This document shows, piece after piece, positions 46,874 to 58,000 of a DNA stretch of 64,000 nucleotides. The notes beneath the pieces are model-generated. The model ran no database searches, was not told where the DNA came from, and saw nothing but the letters and a program-made list of their open reading frames with translations. The position numbers were made by a program, and so were the translations under genes. Location of the stretch: positions 76,337-140,336 of IMG/VR virus record IMGVR_UViG_3300020274_000001. One strand, written 5' to 3'. Origin of the DNA: a virus. Numbering within the stretch: position 1 is the stretch's first letter; every line of letters begins with the position of its first letter.

Positions 46874-47182
46874 ATGGCACACGACGCAGCACTCGGACTA
46901 TCGCACAAGACATGGGTGCGCATAGATGCTCTTGCGGCAACAGGGCTTGCACTATCACTTACTCGAGAATTGATGGAAAAGAGAGGCAAAAATGTAAACC
47001 TCGGTCTATCTCGTAAATCATGGAGCCGTCTTGAGTATGGTTCACTTGTTTTCGCATTACTATTCGCATTCAGAAACATCTACGAAGCAGTCGACGAATA
47101 TGAAGGCACATACGGAGTCGGTTCTTTCTTGAACCCGAACGCTGTCGTCGCAACAGGCCCGAGGAGATATAACGAGTTTTGA
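46874..47182 (+). CDS. Small membrane protein
   Basis: AGGTGA RBS; hydrophobic helices; internal repeat LGLSHKTW / LGLSRKSW. Confidence 0.7.
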   Translation: MAHDAALGLSHKTWVRIDALAATGLALSLTRELMEKRGKNVNLGLSRKSWSRLEYGSLVFALLFAFRNIYEAVDEYEGTYGVGSFLNPNAVVATGPRRYNEF

Positions 47183-47194
47183 GGAGGTGACACC

Positions 47195-47743
47195 ATGACC
47201 AAATACGACCCATACAAAGGACTCAAGCCCACCCGAAGACGAACTTCTTCTCTAACATCGTCAGCGCGGTCACGATGGGGAATCGTTGCGGCATCTGCTA
47301 TTGGAATATACTACTACAACAAGCAGAATCGTAGTGTGGCAAAGTCTGGCGGCTCATACGGAGGAGTTCCGTCTTCTGTCGAACTGACTCAAGATTCTGG
47401 TGTAGGAACATTCAATGTCGAAAACGTAAATGTCCAACCAAATGCAACAGTGAATGCAGACATGGTTTTGAACACCGCTTCTCTTAATGTCCAAGTTAAC
47501 CTAACCAAACAAGAAACAGGGCATACTGTCAACGTATATCCTTATGTTGGGGGCCAATCATTGCCGAATACGAAGTTGAGCACGACAGACGCCAGTGGCG
47601 TCGCATCAGTCACCTTTTCAGCCGAAGATATGAATGTCATAAAGAATGAAGGGACAGGTGGCACCACTTCTGTGATATTCCGAATTGTCGTCGATGGGGC
47701 ATACGCCGATTCAGTTAATGTAGTGTGCTCCATCGGAGCATGA
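47195..47743 (+). CDS. Membrane-anchored Ig-like/beta-sandwich protein
   Basis: GGAGGTGA RBS; N-terminal TM; TTDASGVASVTF Ig-like pattern. Confidence 0.65.
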   Translation: MTKYDPYKGLKPTRRRTSSLTSSARSRWGIVAASAIGIYYYNKQNRSVAKSGGSYGGVPSSVELTQDSGVGTFNVENVNVQPNATVNADMVLNTASLNVQVNLTKQETGHTVNVYPYVGGQSLPNTKLSTTDASGVASVTFSAEDMNVIKNEGTGGTTSVIFRIVVDGAYADSVNVVCSIGA

Positions 47744-47748
47744 GGGCG

Positions 47749-50661
47749 ATGTCGGACGATAAGAAAAACTTCCGGCGAGCAAAGCCTGTCTTCATGGGAC
47801 TGCGACGCAAATTGAATGGAGATATTCAAAATCTCATCAACGACAACGAGAAGAAGTTTGCGAAGCAAGCAGAAAAAACACTTACTCCATTTATCGTTCA
47901 ACGATACAATATGTATCGGGATTTCACAAGAGTCCGCGATAATCCCGGAGAATCCCCTCCAGAATACAGTTACACTCCTCGTATCGCTCAATTACTAACG
48001 CAACATGTGTATGGTGATTATGTCCTGCAAGATAGAGCAAGACTGATGCATCGAAAGAATCCATTAGCGGTAATCTCTTATGGTCCCGGAGCAGGATTTG
48101 CAGGACCAATTACACGTCCTACTCGTGACCCACTTGAAAGAATGCGTGGTGGCCTCACCAATTTCGTAGATATGGAAGAGGGCCTAATGGGGGCGGGTAT
48201 GGATGGAGATGGACAATACATTCCCACCCGGGAGGGCGAAAAAGCAATATTTGAAGAAATCATCAACACAAGAGCACCCGAGAGTATCTTTTTCCTTCCT
48301 TCGATTGGAACAGCGATTATGGAGTTGGCCGCTCTCACACAGGCTTGGCCAACAGCGTTAATCCAATATTTCTACGGACAGCGCAACAAAGAAAACAGTG
48401 GCAGAATACCACAACTATTTCATCGTATATTGGATAACACAGACCCAGAGGACGACAACAGATTGGGAACAGAAAGCAGACCCTTACTGCGGGCACCGTG
48501 GTTTGAAGCGTCAGAAGGGGCTAACTCAATGGTCCAAACATTGGTCAATTTAGCATATGATAACCCAGTTGTAGGCCAACCCTTGATAGACGCAGAAAAA
48601 AGTCTCTTCTTCATTAGTTGGGCTCATTCTATGTTGGACAGTCCGGTTATGAACTTAGAATTACAAAAGGGTGTAGCAAAAGCCGCATTGTTAGCCACTT
48701 TTAACTCCACCAATGACATATTTAGTGCAGAACAAGTAAGAGCATTCGGTTTCGGTGCCGCCGAGAAGGAAAGAGCAACCATACCAACAAATTTCACAAA
48801 AAATGGAATGAACCCAGCCGGTGCTACCTTCGAATTCTTGAACACCATCGAAGAATTGTTTAGTGCGACAGCAGTTAATGATGAGGGGAAGAGGGTTACT
48901 CTAAACCAAAAAAAGGAATTTTACCAAGAATTGTTTGGTCCGGGAATTGAAGGAATGACTCCTACGGAAGACAATCCATTTCCATGGACGTCGAGTAATG
49001 GATACACGGTAGGGCCAAACACTCCGCCATTCGAAGATTGGGTTCAATACAATGGAATTTATCCAGATGGATTCGCCTACATTGTTGACTCCAGCCCAGA
49101 AGATAATCCGGACGACACCGGATGGGTAATAGTGAAAGAATACTTGGTCGCAGGAGAAAAGAGGTATGATGTTCAATATTCTGGTTATGCTTTGGTCAAT
49201 GAAAACGACGACCCCCTTGACTTGGCACCAACTAACATTGACTTGGACACAGAACAGATATACGAAATCAGAGGACTACGAGCACAAGATTTCGAAATAG
49301 AATCAGACGTCGACGAGGACGAAGAAGATGTAAGTTCAGCAATCGGTTCATACAACTCAACCCAAATATGGTTTACTCGGGTCATGCTCGACAGGTATTT
49401 CGAGATGGAGTCACACCTATCCCTTGTCCTTAATTCAACTAAAATTGACTTTAGAAGATATTCTAAAGAATACAAAGAGGTAGATGAAGCCTTCTCCGCA
49501 GATGCAGACTTCTATACAACATCCGCTAAGAAACAAAAGCAGGTTGCAGAATTCCTCGCAGAAGAAAGAGCATCCATCATGAGTGGGTTAGCCGCTTCCT
49601 TCCTTGCTCTCGCGGGCGACGGAAACTATCGTAAACTCTACGAGCAAGATTTGAATTTACTTGAAATAAAATGGTATTCAGATTTCATTTCTACCCGACT
49701 CTTACAGGCAAGACCTGTCGAAGAACAGGTCAATCAATTGCGACAGCGAATGGCGGTTCCCGCTCCGGCACCTGCTGGAGCAGGCATATACAATATGCAA
49801 GTTGTTCAGCCAACCACAGTTATCAGAACACTCGACGTTCCTACACTACGAATGATTATGAAAACATACTTCCAACGGTTTTACAATGAAATAGCAAACA
49901 TTGCCATCGAGTTAGACAGACAGCCTCAAAAGAAGAACAAGAAGGGTAAGAAGCAGAAAAGGAAGCCATTGTTCGACCAAATGTGGGACACTGTGGAAGC
50001 GACAATCGTTACAATGCTATCACTCGAGAAGGCCAATCCGGCCAGATATTGGCAACAGACATTCTCTCAAGTCGAACAGGTGAGACAGAACACGCAAATG
50101 ATTCTGCCACCATCATGGGCTGGAACGGTGTCAAGGGCAGAATTAGAAAGCGACAAATTCTCTATTGGTCTCACACCAGACATCGAGAAGAACATATTGT
50201 TGTTCAAGAATTACGTTTCGTTCCTACGAACAACATATCGAGACAACTACGTTCTAATTGCCGGTCTTTTGACAGCATTCCAGTCCACTGGTTCAGATAG
50301 CATAACCGATATATCCGAATTACAGGACTTCTTCATGCAAAGACTACGCAACGATGAGTCGTTCCAATTGAGAGGAAGGTCGGTTCCAGCATACCGTCAA
50401 TTCATCTACATTTGTCGAGAAACACTGACTGTCCCAAGTTATGTTCTTGCCGCATCATTAGCAATGGAAAGAAATATCGAAGCAACAAGGTCACCAGTAG
50501 AATCACAAGGAGCAGAACTTGAGGGAGGCATCATGATGGGTCCAACACCCAAGGAGTTTCAACAATCAGCCCCTACTTCTCCGTCGTCAACAGTGGGGAA
50601 CGTCACTGTCGTTAGACCAAACCCAAGCCTCCTACGCCCAAATAGGAGGACAAGCGAATGA
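47749..50661 (+). CDS. Large hypothetical NP-motif protein
   Basis: About 970-aa ORF; RDNPG and RKNPL motifs near the N-terminus. Confidence 0.75.
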   Translation: MSDDKKNFRRAKPVFMGLRRKLNGDIQNLINDNEKKFAKQAEKTLTPFIVQRYNMYRDFTRVRDNPGESPPEYSYTPRIAQLLTQHVYGDYVLQDRARLMHRKNPLAVISYGPGAGFAGPITRPTRDPLERMRGGLTNFVDMEEGLMGAGMDGDGQYIPTREGEKAIFEEIINTRAPESIFFLPSIGTAIMELAALTQAWPTALIQYFYGQRNKENSGRIPQLFHRILDNTDPEDDNRLGTESRPLLRAPWFEASEGANSMVQTLVNLAYDNPVVGQPLIDAEKSLFFISWAHSMLDSPVMNLELQKGVAKAALLATFNSTNDIFSAEQVRAFGFGAAEKERATIPTNFTKNGMNPAGATFEFLNTIEELFSATAVNDEGKRVTLNQKKEFYQELFGPGIEGMTPTEDNPFPWTSSNGYTVGPNTPPFEDWVQYNGIYPDGFAYIVDSSPEDNPDDTGWVIVKEYLVAGEKRYDVQYSGYALVNENDDPLDLAPTNIDLDTEQIYEIRGLRAQDFEIESDVDEDEEDVSSAIGSYNSTQIWFTRVMLDRYFEMESHLSLVLNSTKIDFRRYSKEYKEVDEAFSADADFYTTSAKKQKQVAEFLAEERASIMSGLAASFLALAGDGNYRKLYEQDLNLLEIKWYSDFISTRLLQARPVEEQVNQLRQRMAVPAPAPAGAGIYNMQVVQPTTVIRTLDVPTLRMIMKTYFQRFYNEIANIAIELDRQPQKKNKKGKKQKRKPLFDQMWDTVEATIVTMLSLEKANPARYWQQTFSQVEQVRQNTQMILPPSWAGTVSRAELESDKFSIGLTPDIEKNILLFKNYVSFLRTTYRDNYVLIAGLLTAFQSTGSDSITDISELQDFFMQRLRNDESFQLRGRSVPAYRQFIYICRETLTVPSYVLAASLAMERNIEATRSPVESQGAELEGGIMMGPTPKEFQQSAPTSPSSTVGNVTVVRPNPSLLRPNRRTSE

Positions 50662-53600
50662 GAGACTTCAGTCTGTATTTGGTCGAGTTTAACAAATTCA
50701 TACAACTGATAGTAGGTTCTGGTAGAATCCCAGACGAATCAGATGTAGACCTATTCATCGATAAGATGTGGACGAAGCCATATTGGGCGTATGATGAAAA
50801 CAACTTTTCTGACGCTTCTACTTTCAAAGGAGTTCAAGCGTTCGACATGGCTACCGGAGAAAAGGTGCTTGATATCGAAAGTTACGGCTTTGCAGATTAT
50901 GTCGCTGATGTCAAACCCATGCTAATGGAAAAGTTGGAAGGCTCTGTTGGAGAAGTAGGAGAGTCGGCTGTCCGTGCTTGGGACCCCATGCCAATACCAT
51001 TAGCAAGATTGGCAGAAAGGAACGCCAACAAAGACGGCTTCAAGGGGTGGAAAGACCTCGACAACGTGAAGAAGCGCAACTCGGAGTATTGGATAAGGGC
51101 AGACGCAGAAATATCCTACATTAAGTCAAGGCTTCTTGAATACAACCGAAAGGTTGTCCCATACCAACTCAAAAAAACAATGTATCACACGTTGACATCA
51201 ATTCAATATTCGTCCAGTAATGGTAAGTGCTTTGTAGGCCATATGGGTAGACCAACCATACATTCAGAAGAAGAAATTGAAGCGTTCATGCACGAACATG
51301 TTGAAACAGGTAGCCATCGTTCCCTATGGTTCACCATTAGTAACACAGGAGAAAAATACAAGGCCGGAGTAGCCGACATCGACTTCCATGATATTGATGT
51401 AACAGAACGACAGAAAAAGAGAGTCGTTAAAGAAGTAGCGAGAAGACTTCGAGCGGCAGGATACCCCATACTGATTCAATACAGCGGACATGGCTACCAC
51501 GTTTGGTTTGGACAAGGTAGTGGGCCGTCATTTGATGACCGTCATGCAATGAACAATCTCATTCGACGAGCATTAGGAAATGTTCCGGGTGCCGTCTTCA
51601 AGAGTAAGTCGAGTAAGGCCGAATCTATTGCCGAGAACCTCGCTATCATAGAATTAGAACAAAGAACCCCGGCAATGTGGGCAATGTTCTTCGGACTACA
51701 TTACAAGCCTCATAGTAAAGGCGCAACCTTGGAAGACGATGGCATGTGGGCTACGCCCGGAAGTGGTTTGGTCAGAGTCCCACTATCGCTCGACCAACTT
51801 GATGCATTTGACCCATTCAGAGATGCACACCCAGAGCACGTTCTCGCCAACTTTGACCGTATGGCTATACTCGTAGACAACTTCTTTGATGAAGTAGAAA
51901 TTGGATATGGTCACGAAGAAGAAGGCCAAACCGAAGCGCACCCTCCATGTTTCCGAAGCGAGGGAGTAGAGCCAGAACATCCACTTGCTTTAGCCACAAC
52001 ACAGTGGAAAAAGAAACCAGACTTTACACAACTCCGATGGGAAGAGGCATTGGAGATGTTTTCAGACAAAGAAAACTATTCGGTAACGCCAAAATTCAAC
52101 GGCTCGTTGTTTGGTATACACTACAAAGAACAAGGAGGCCACAAAGTCGGCGGAACCGTTCTTACATCAGAAAGAACGATTGTTTCTCGAGGCTCTGGTG
52201 CTACAACACTCAAGACCCCTGTAACGACTATCATGGCAAGTAAGGGAGGGCTCATTCTTTGGGAAAATCACGTCACAAGAGAGTTTGAAGATGCCTGCCG
52301 CAAGAAGGGAGTGTCGGAAGCACTGTTTGTAGGAGAGTTGTTTCAACACGACGAATTTGGAATAGTGCGAGGACCTCAAGCGATTACTTCGGTAGTCATG
52401 AGAAATGAAATCGACCCTAAAGCGTTCAAGCAATTGCGGTATGCTTTGATTGATGCAATTAGTATCGACAACAATCCTGCAAATGCAGGATACAAAGTTC
52501 GCCACGGGGAACTTCTTCCATTTGAGGGCGATAAAGTCAAGATTATACCCTTAGAACATATTCCTAACGCAAGTGGTCCCAGATTGGAGGCCCTCTGGAG
52601 CCTGCACGTGAAAGAAAACCAGCAAGAAGGGTTGGTGATTCATCACGAAGGTAAGAGGTTCAAAGTTAAGCGTCGTCACACGATTGATGTAGTTATTATT
52701 TCTGTTTCTACCGAATCCAAGCCGTGGAAGGACAAGAAAAAGAACCGTCATGTGTTCGAGGTAGCGGTAGCCAAGAAAACCAAGTATGGTGACCCTACCT
52801 ACGTCTACATCGGTAGTGTAGGCTGGGGTCCCGGTTGGGACAACCAAAAACAATCAGAATTGTTTGACATGGTGATGGGCGAGCAAGTTTCAGAAGGTAA
52901 ATGGGAGCACACAATTAACGTTCCAATTGTTCCACCAGAAGACCCGACTTACTTCGTATCCCAAGGAAGACACTTTGTCACCCCTCGGGTTGTCGTTGAA
53001 GTAGAGTATGAACGGCTATCCGAAGGAAGAAGCGCATCATTTGGCACATATTTCTATCAAGCAACAAAGAGGGCACAACGAGGACGAAAGAAAGCCAAGT
53101 CCGGTTACAGAGTATATCCTCAAGTCCTCGCTTCTCGAAGAATGATTGGTCCAGCAGTAATCCGTGAGTTGAGACCAGATAAGGACCCCGAAAGCACGTT
53201 TGACTTACGTGTGGAGCAAGCAGATGGAGCAGGTGGGCTGAACATAGGTAGAGCCCCTCGCAAAAACCCGATGACTGTAAGCGGATATCCTGCTTGGATG
53301 CAAGGGCTCGCCAACCTTCTGCCCATTATCCCTTCTACCGGGTCAGAAGTAGACCGAGCGTTGATTGTTGATTCTTCCTTGAGTAAAATGAAATTTTACA
53401 ACTCTCCGCAAGGGTTCCCCCGAGAAGAACCGTGGTTGATGCCAATAGAAGCATACCGTAAGTTATGGAACCTTTCGAAACGTTCTGGTCGTAGTAAGGA
53501 GTATGGAGGATACATCAAGGATGGCACCATATTTTACGGGTCTTCTCACCATCGTGGTTCTATCGATATGTGGTTGACCAACGATGTATATGCGGCAGAC

Positions 53601-55025
53601 GTCGTATTTCACACACATCCGAGAGACACGTTCAAGCCACCCATGTTCCCAATTATTTCGGGACACGACCTCGCTTCTTCTCTAACATCCAAATATTTCA
53701 TGGGTGTTCCTTGGGAAATGATTGTCGTGCCTCATGGCTTCGTATTCTTCCGACCTAAAGCACTAAGGAAAGGCTCGAAGGTTTTGAAATCAGTAGAGGC
53801 TTTGAAAAAGTCTCCTTCACAGAAGCAGGCAGACAAAACAAGTAATGACTTACACACAGAAAGTAAGAAAGTCATCAAATCTTACACGAAGGCCCGTAAG
53901 AAAGTGTTGAAGGATGCCGCAAAATTGACAAGAGAAAAAGGGTTCATTTCTGAACACCCGTCTTGGACAGAGGATGCTATTGTCGACCAGATGAACATTG
54001 ACACGGAGAGCGATGTGTTGTTCGAGTATGTGTTTGTCCCACTTTATGTCCTTGGGCCCAACTTCCGTAAGAAGAAGTGGCAGACAATCAAGAGTAATCC
54101 GTCCACCGGATACTTTGGTGTTAGTAAAAAGCGACCTACGTTTGAAGCAGGGGTAATTGGTCCAGATGGGGAACCAATGTCCCCATCTATTTCGCTCGAC
54201 AAGGAATTCGCTGATGCATTAGCAAGAGGAAGAAGGGCAGACCCAAAAGAAAAAGGATACAAGTTATACAAAGGATACAACACCAATCAAGGTGAAGGGT
54301 ATGCGTTTGTCCTCGGTCTACCAATCAACATGCAAATGGATTTCACAGACATGTATGGTGGCCCCGGAGCAACAGGTATTGCCATGTTAAGTTCAGATGA
54401 AGGCAACATTCGTGCTACCACTGAACAATTCAATTACGCATATAGAGCGCACGACCCAGAGCAAAGCAAGAACGATTTGAAAGTGATTTATGCGGCTTCG
54501 ATGGAGATGCCACGCAAGGAAGACCCCGAAATGAGAACACCCGCCCCTACACTATACGATACAGGTAAGATGAAGGGCAGTATTGCCAAAGAAATGGAAA
54601 GTGCGCTTAAGGGGGCGAAGTTCACAGGGTCTCAAGCAGAAAAGTTAGCCCACCTGCGTGTCCTAAAACAAGACCTTGGGACATTAACGAATCCACCAAC
54701 CGACATCGAAGAGTGGGATAATAGAATCACACTATACTCACAACGATACCAAGAATTCCATGCCGCCCCTACTCACCAAACGTGGATGGACCATGCTTCC
54801 TCTGAATTCCCAATGTGGGAAATTCCACTCCTTGAGAAAGGAAGGCTTCTGATGGAAGCAATTGAAAATTACACACTTACCGATGAGGAGGTTGCCCGTG
54901 TTCGGCAGGAATACTCATCTATGAGCCTTGACCTCGCTAATCCATTGGGGAACTTGCTGACAGGGCTGGACTCCGAAGAAGATGAAGACTTCGAAGAGGG
55001 TGAGGAAGATGACGAGACTGAATGA
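50658..55025 (+). CDS. AEP primase-polymerase / ATP-dependent DNA ligase / JAB-like fusion protein
   Basis: ADIDFH and YSGHGYH (AEP); TPKFNG, VGEL, EGLVIH, FKVK, PRVVVEVEY and RELRPDK (ligase); FHTHP..ISGHD (JAB/MPN-like). Confidence 0.85.
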   Translation: MRDFSLYLVEFNKFIQLIVGSGRIPDESDVDLFIDKMWTKPYWAYDENNFSDASTFKGVQAFDMATGEKVLDIESYGFADYVADVKPMLMEKLEGSVGEVGESAVRAWDPMPIPLARLAERNANKDGFKGWKDLDNVKKRNSEYWIRADAEISYIKSRLLEYNRKVVPYQLKKTMYHTLTSIQYSSSNGKCFVGHMGRPTIHSEEEIEAFMHEHVETGSHRSLWFTISNTGEKYKAGVADIDFHDIDVTERQKKRVVKEVARRLRAAGYPILIQYSGHGYHVWFGQGSGPSFDDRHAMNNLIRRALGNVPGAVFKSKSSKAESIAENLAIIELEQRTPAMWAMFFGLHYKPHSKGATLEDDGMWATPGSGLVRVPLSLDQLDAFDPFRDAHPEHVLANFDRMAILVDNFFDEVEIGYGHEEEGQTEAHPPCFRSEGVEPEHPLALATTQWKKKPDFTQLRWEEALEMFSDKENYSVTPKFNGSLFGIHYKEQGGHKVGGTVLTSERTIVSRGSGATTLKTPVTTIMASKGGLILWENHVTREFEDACRKKGVSEALFVGELFQHDEFGIVRGPQAITSVVMRNEIDPKAFKQLRYALIDAISIDNNPANAGYKVRHGELLPFEGDKVKIIPLEHIPNASGPRLEALWSLHVKENQQEGLVIHHEGKRFKVKRRHTIDVVIISVSTESKPWKDKKKNRHVFEVAVAKKTKYGDPTYVYIGSVGWGPGWDNQKQSELFDMVMGEQVSEGKWEHTINVPIVPPEDPTYFVSQGRHFVTPRVVVEVEYERLSEGRSASFGTYFYQATKRAQRGRKKAKSGYRVYPQVLASRRMIGPAVIRELRPDKDPESTFDLRVEQADGAGGLNIGRAPRKNPMTVSGYPAWMQGLANLLPIIPSTGSEVDRALIVDSSLSKMKFYNSPQGFPREEPWLMPIEAYRKLWNLSKRSGRSKEYGGYIKDGTIFYGSSHHRGSIDMWLTNDVYAADVVFHTHPRDTFKPPMFPIISGHDLASSLTSKYFMGVPWEMIVVPHGFVFFRPKALRKGSKVLKSVEALKKSPSQKQADKTSNDLHTESKKVIKSYTKARKKVLKDAAKLTREKGFISEHPSWTEDAIVDQMNIDTESDVLFEYVFVPLYVLGPNFRKKKWQTIKSNPSTGYFGVSKKRPTFEAGVIGPDGEPMSPSISLDKEFADALARGRRADPKEKGYKLYKGYNTNQGEGYAFVLGLPINMQMDFTDMYGGPGATGIAMLSSDEGNIRATTEQFNYAYRAHDPEQSKNDLKVIYAASMEMPRKEDPEMRTPAPTLYDTGKMKGSIAKEMESALKGAKFTGSQAEKLAHLRVLKQDLGTLTNPPTDIEEWDNRITLYSQRYQEFHAAPTHQTWMDHASSEFPMWEIPLLEKGRLLMEAIENYTLTDEEVARVRQEYSSMSLDLANPLGNLLTGLDSEEDEDFEEGEEDDETE

Positions 55026-58000
55026 ATACGTCATCTCTCACGCATACGGTCTGCCCCAAGAGCAAGACGTAATTGGTCAGTCAACCGTTGCCGCTTCTGG
55101 CTTCGATGTAGAGAAAGGAAAGTGGTTTGTCATTCTCAATGGAACCGTGCAAAAGCAAGATATCGCTAAGTCGGTAAAAAGCGTCATTGGTAAGTCAAAA
55201 TACTTCTCCACCCAAGGTAGAGTATACGAAGTAACTACTGATTCAAAATACAATACGGAGGTCGTAAAGTCAAATCCTCCCGGTCAAGTTCAAACCGTAG
55301 TAAGTGGTGGCGTTACTTCTCAACGTGTTCGCAAGAATCCTGTTAGTGTGTCAGATTTCCGTTCAGAAATGCATGGTATGCTTGTCAGCGACCCACGTCG
55401 AGACTTCAAGGTAATTGATGCACCCACTCCATTCGGGGGAGAATCTTTCCGAGATGTTCTGTATTCATTCGTATCATATCGAGGAGAGTCATATGGATGG
55501 ACAAAAGGCAACAAAATTTACCATCGTCGTGGGTCACTTATTATGCCCAAACTGAAAGTGAACAGGGCAGTAGAAGGAGCAAAGATGTTTTATCATACGC
55601 ACCCTTCGAAAGATGAGCCATCGCTATCAAGTGCTGATGATTACCAATTCTACTTCGACCTTGCTTTTGCCTTTGGTATCAAACATTTCTATACGATAAT
55701 GGAGAACCGTCTTGACCATTTCGAAATCACAGTCAAGAAATCAAAGGAAGAAGATTACCTCAAGATGGATGAAGACAAGGTTCTCGACGACATAAACAGT
55801 ATCATCGATGCTTCTGAAGCAGAAATCACCAAGAAGCACAAGTCAGACAAGAATCTGCCAGATGAGAAATTTTACGCTAAAATGACGAAGGATACCGTGA
55901 CACGACTCAACAGAAGGTTCGGGGATTTTGCCACAATCAAATACAAGGGTCACGCTAACCCCAAGATTGTCCGTGAAAACCCGAGTGATGCCGGATTTCG
56001 CCACAATCCACCTATCAGAATATCACACATCCACAAAGCATCACAACTCGAAGAATTACGAGACACAACCAACAACTTCGAACACTACGGGGCTAACGAA
56101 TACGGACATTCACAATACGTCTACTGGTGGGTCGACCATCACTTCTCAAACACCAACATCCACCCACAAGGAAGACTCTACAAGTTGAAAGAGTTAGGAC
56201 TCGACGACGATAACCGACGACTTCTAAGAGCATACATGGAAGAAGAAATAGCACCGGGTTATTCTAAACTTGATATTCTTTTGCTATTGGCTCTCTATCA
56301 TGACGTGGGCAAGAAAAGAGAGAAAGAACAAGGGATTCATCATTCAATTATCGCTTCGAACATGTTCCAAGATGAAATCGGCCCCGAACTGAACCTTCCA
56401 AAAGAAGTCTCGGATGTATGTGCACTATTGATGCTAACCGACTGCGGGAGGAAAAATACCACTCCCGAAGCATTCAAGTCTCAAGCCGGAGATTTCCTTG
56501 GAGTAGCATACGCATTACAGATTGCCGATATGATTGCTCACCATCCATTCATGTTCACATCATTGGCTTCTGAAGCCAAGCAAGAAGGTCGTCTCGACAA
56601 GGCTAATGTAGAACAATACAAGGTAATGGTCGCTAAAGAATTATTCAGCAAGATAGCAGACTTCTTGCAGACAAGAGTCAAGACAAACCCACCTCCTGTT
56701 GCCAAGTCAATCATCTACGCTGGTTCATACGATTCTCCAATTGATGGGGACATAGCCGAACAATATCTTGAGGCCAAGAAGAAGCACAACGGTCAACTGT
56801 TCATACCGATAGAAGAATCAGATGCTACTGTTACCTTGGGACTTTCAAGCGGCTCGTTCAGAACTACAATGTCTCGAGCGAAAGGTCACTTCACGGAAGA
56901 AGACCCATTCGGAGCAGACCTTGCAGTTTCCCTTTACGAACAAGTAGGTCGTGTATTATCAGACTTCACCCCCGGCCTTTCGTTCGCAGAAGCACCAGAA
57001 CCAGCAGTAATGGTCAACCCAAGACATGCTAAGAAGATACACGTAGTTACCGTAGCGGGTCCAACAATGACAGGTAAGCAGGCCGTTATCGAAGAAGTCG
57101 CACGTATGACGGGTGGCGTAGTTATTCCAACAGTGACTACACGACCAAAGCGCAAGCACGAAGCCAAGTCTACCGACAGGATATTCGTATCAGAATCTAA
57201 GTTCAAAGAAATGATTGAACAGGGCGAATTCGTAGAATGGAACAAGGCAAAGAATGGATACATGTTTGGTCGTAGGTTTTCTGACTTCACAAAGTCGGTA
57301 GCCGTCGTGGATGTTAACCTCCGTAATGTATCGAAATATCAAGACGCATTCCCAAATACTACTTCTGTGTTCCTTGACCCCGACATGACGCCCGCTAAAC
57401 TCACAACCAAAATACGGTCAGAGGTTGCCGTCTCGAAGGAACAGGCGGCAACAAAGGTAAAACAAATCATGAAGCAAGTCGCAAATGCTCAACACATTCC
57501 ATTTGATATGGTCATCAAATCTCAAGGTGACAAACCTCACGCAACAGCGAAACACATTTCAGACGACATCGAAAGGCAGAACCCTCCAGAGTTGCTACCA
57601 GTATACGGTTGCCCCGTGTGTGATGTAAAAGCGATGACTCATACTAATTGGTATTGTAAAGAGCACGGAGAAGTTGAAGCAAACCCAAAATCCCGAGAAG
57701 AATGGTTCATGGATTGGGCTAAACTCATCAACATGAAGAACAAGGAACTCGAAGCATTCCTCAATTCACCGCTTGGAAAGAAAGCAGGGTTATCTGCTTC
57801 CGAGGCCAAGGAGCAAGGAATCAACTCTGGCCGAGTAAGCGGGAGAGCCATCTTGCGGATGAGGAAGAAGATTGGTCTTGGTGGTCCAAAGGATTACGTC
57901 AAAGGACCAACGCATGCAAGTGCACTGTTTATCTTAGCACAGAAAAAGTGGAATGACCTCGATTGGGAATGGTGTTCTCGACAAGTAAGATTCAACAAGC

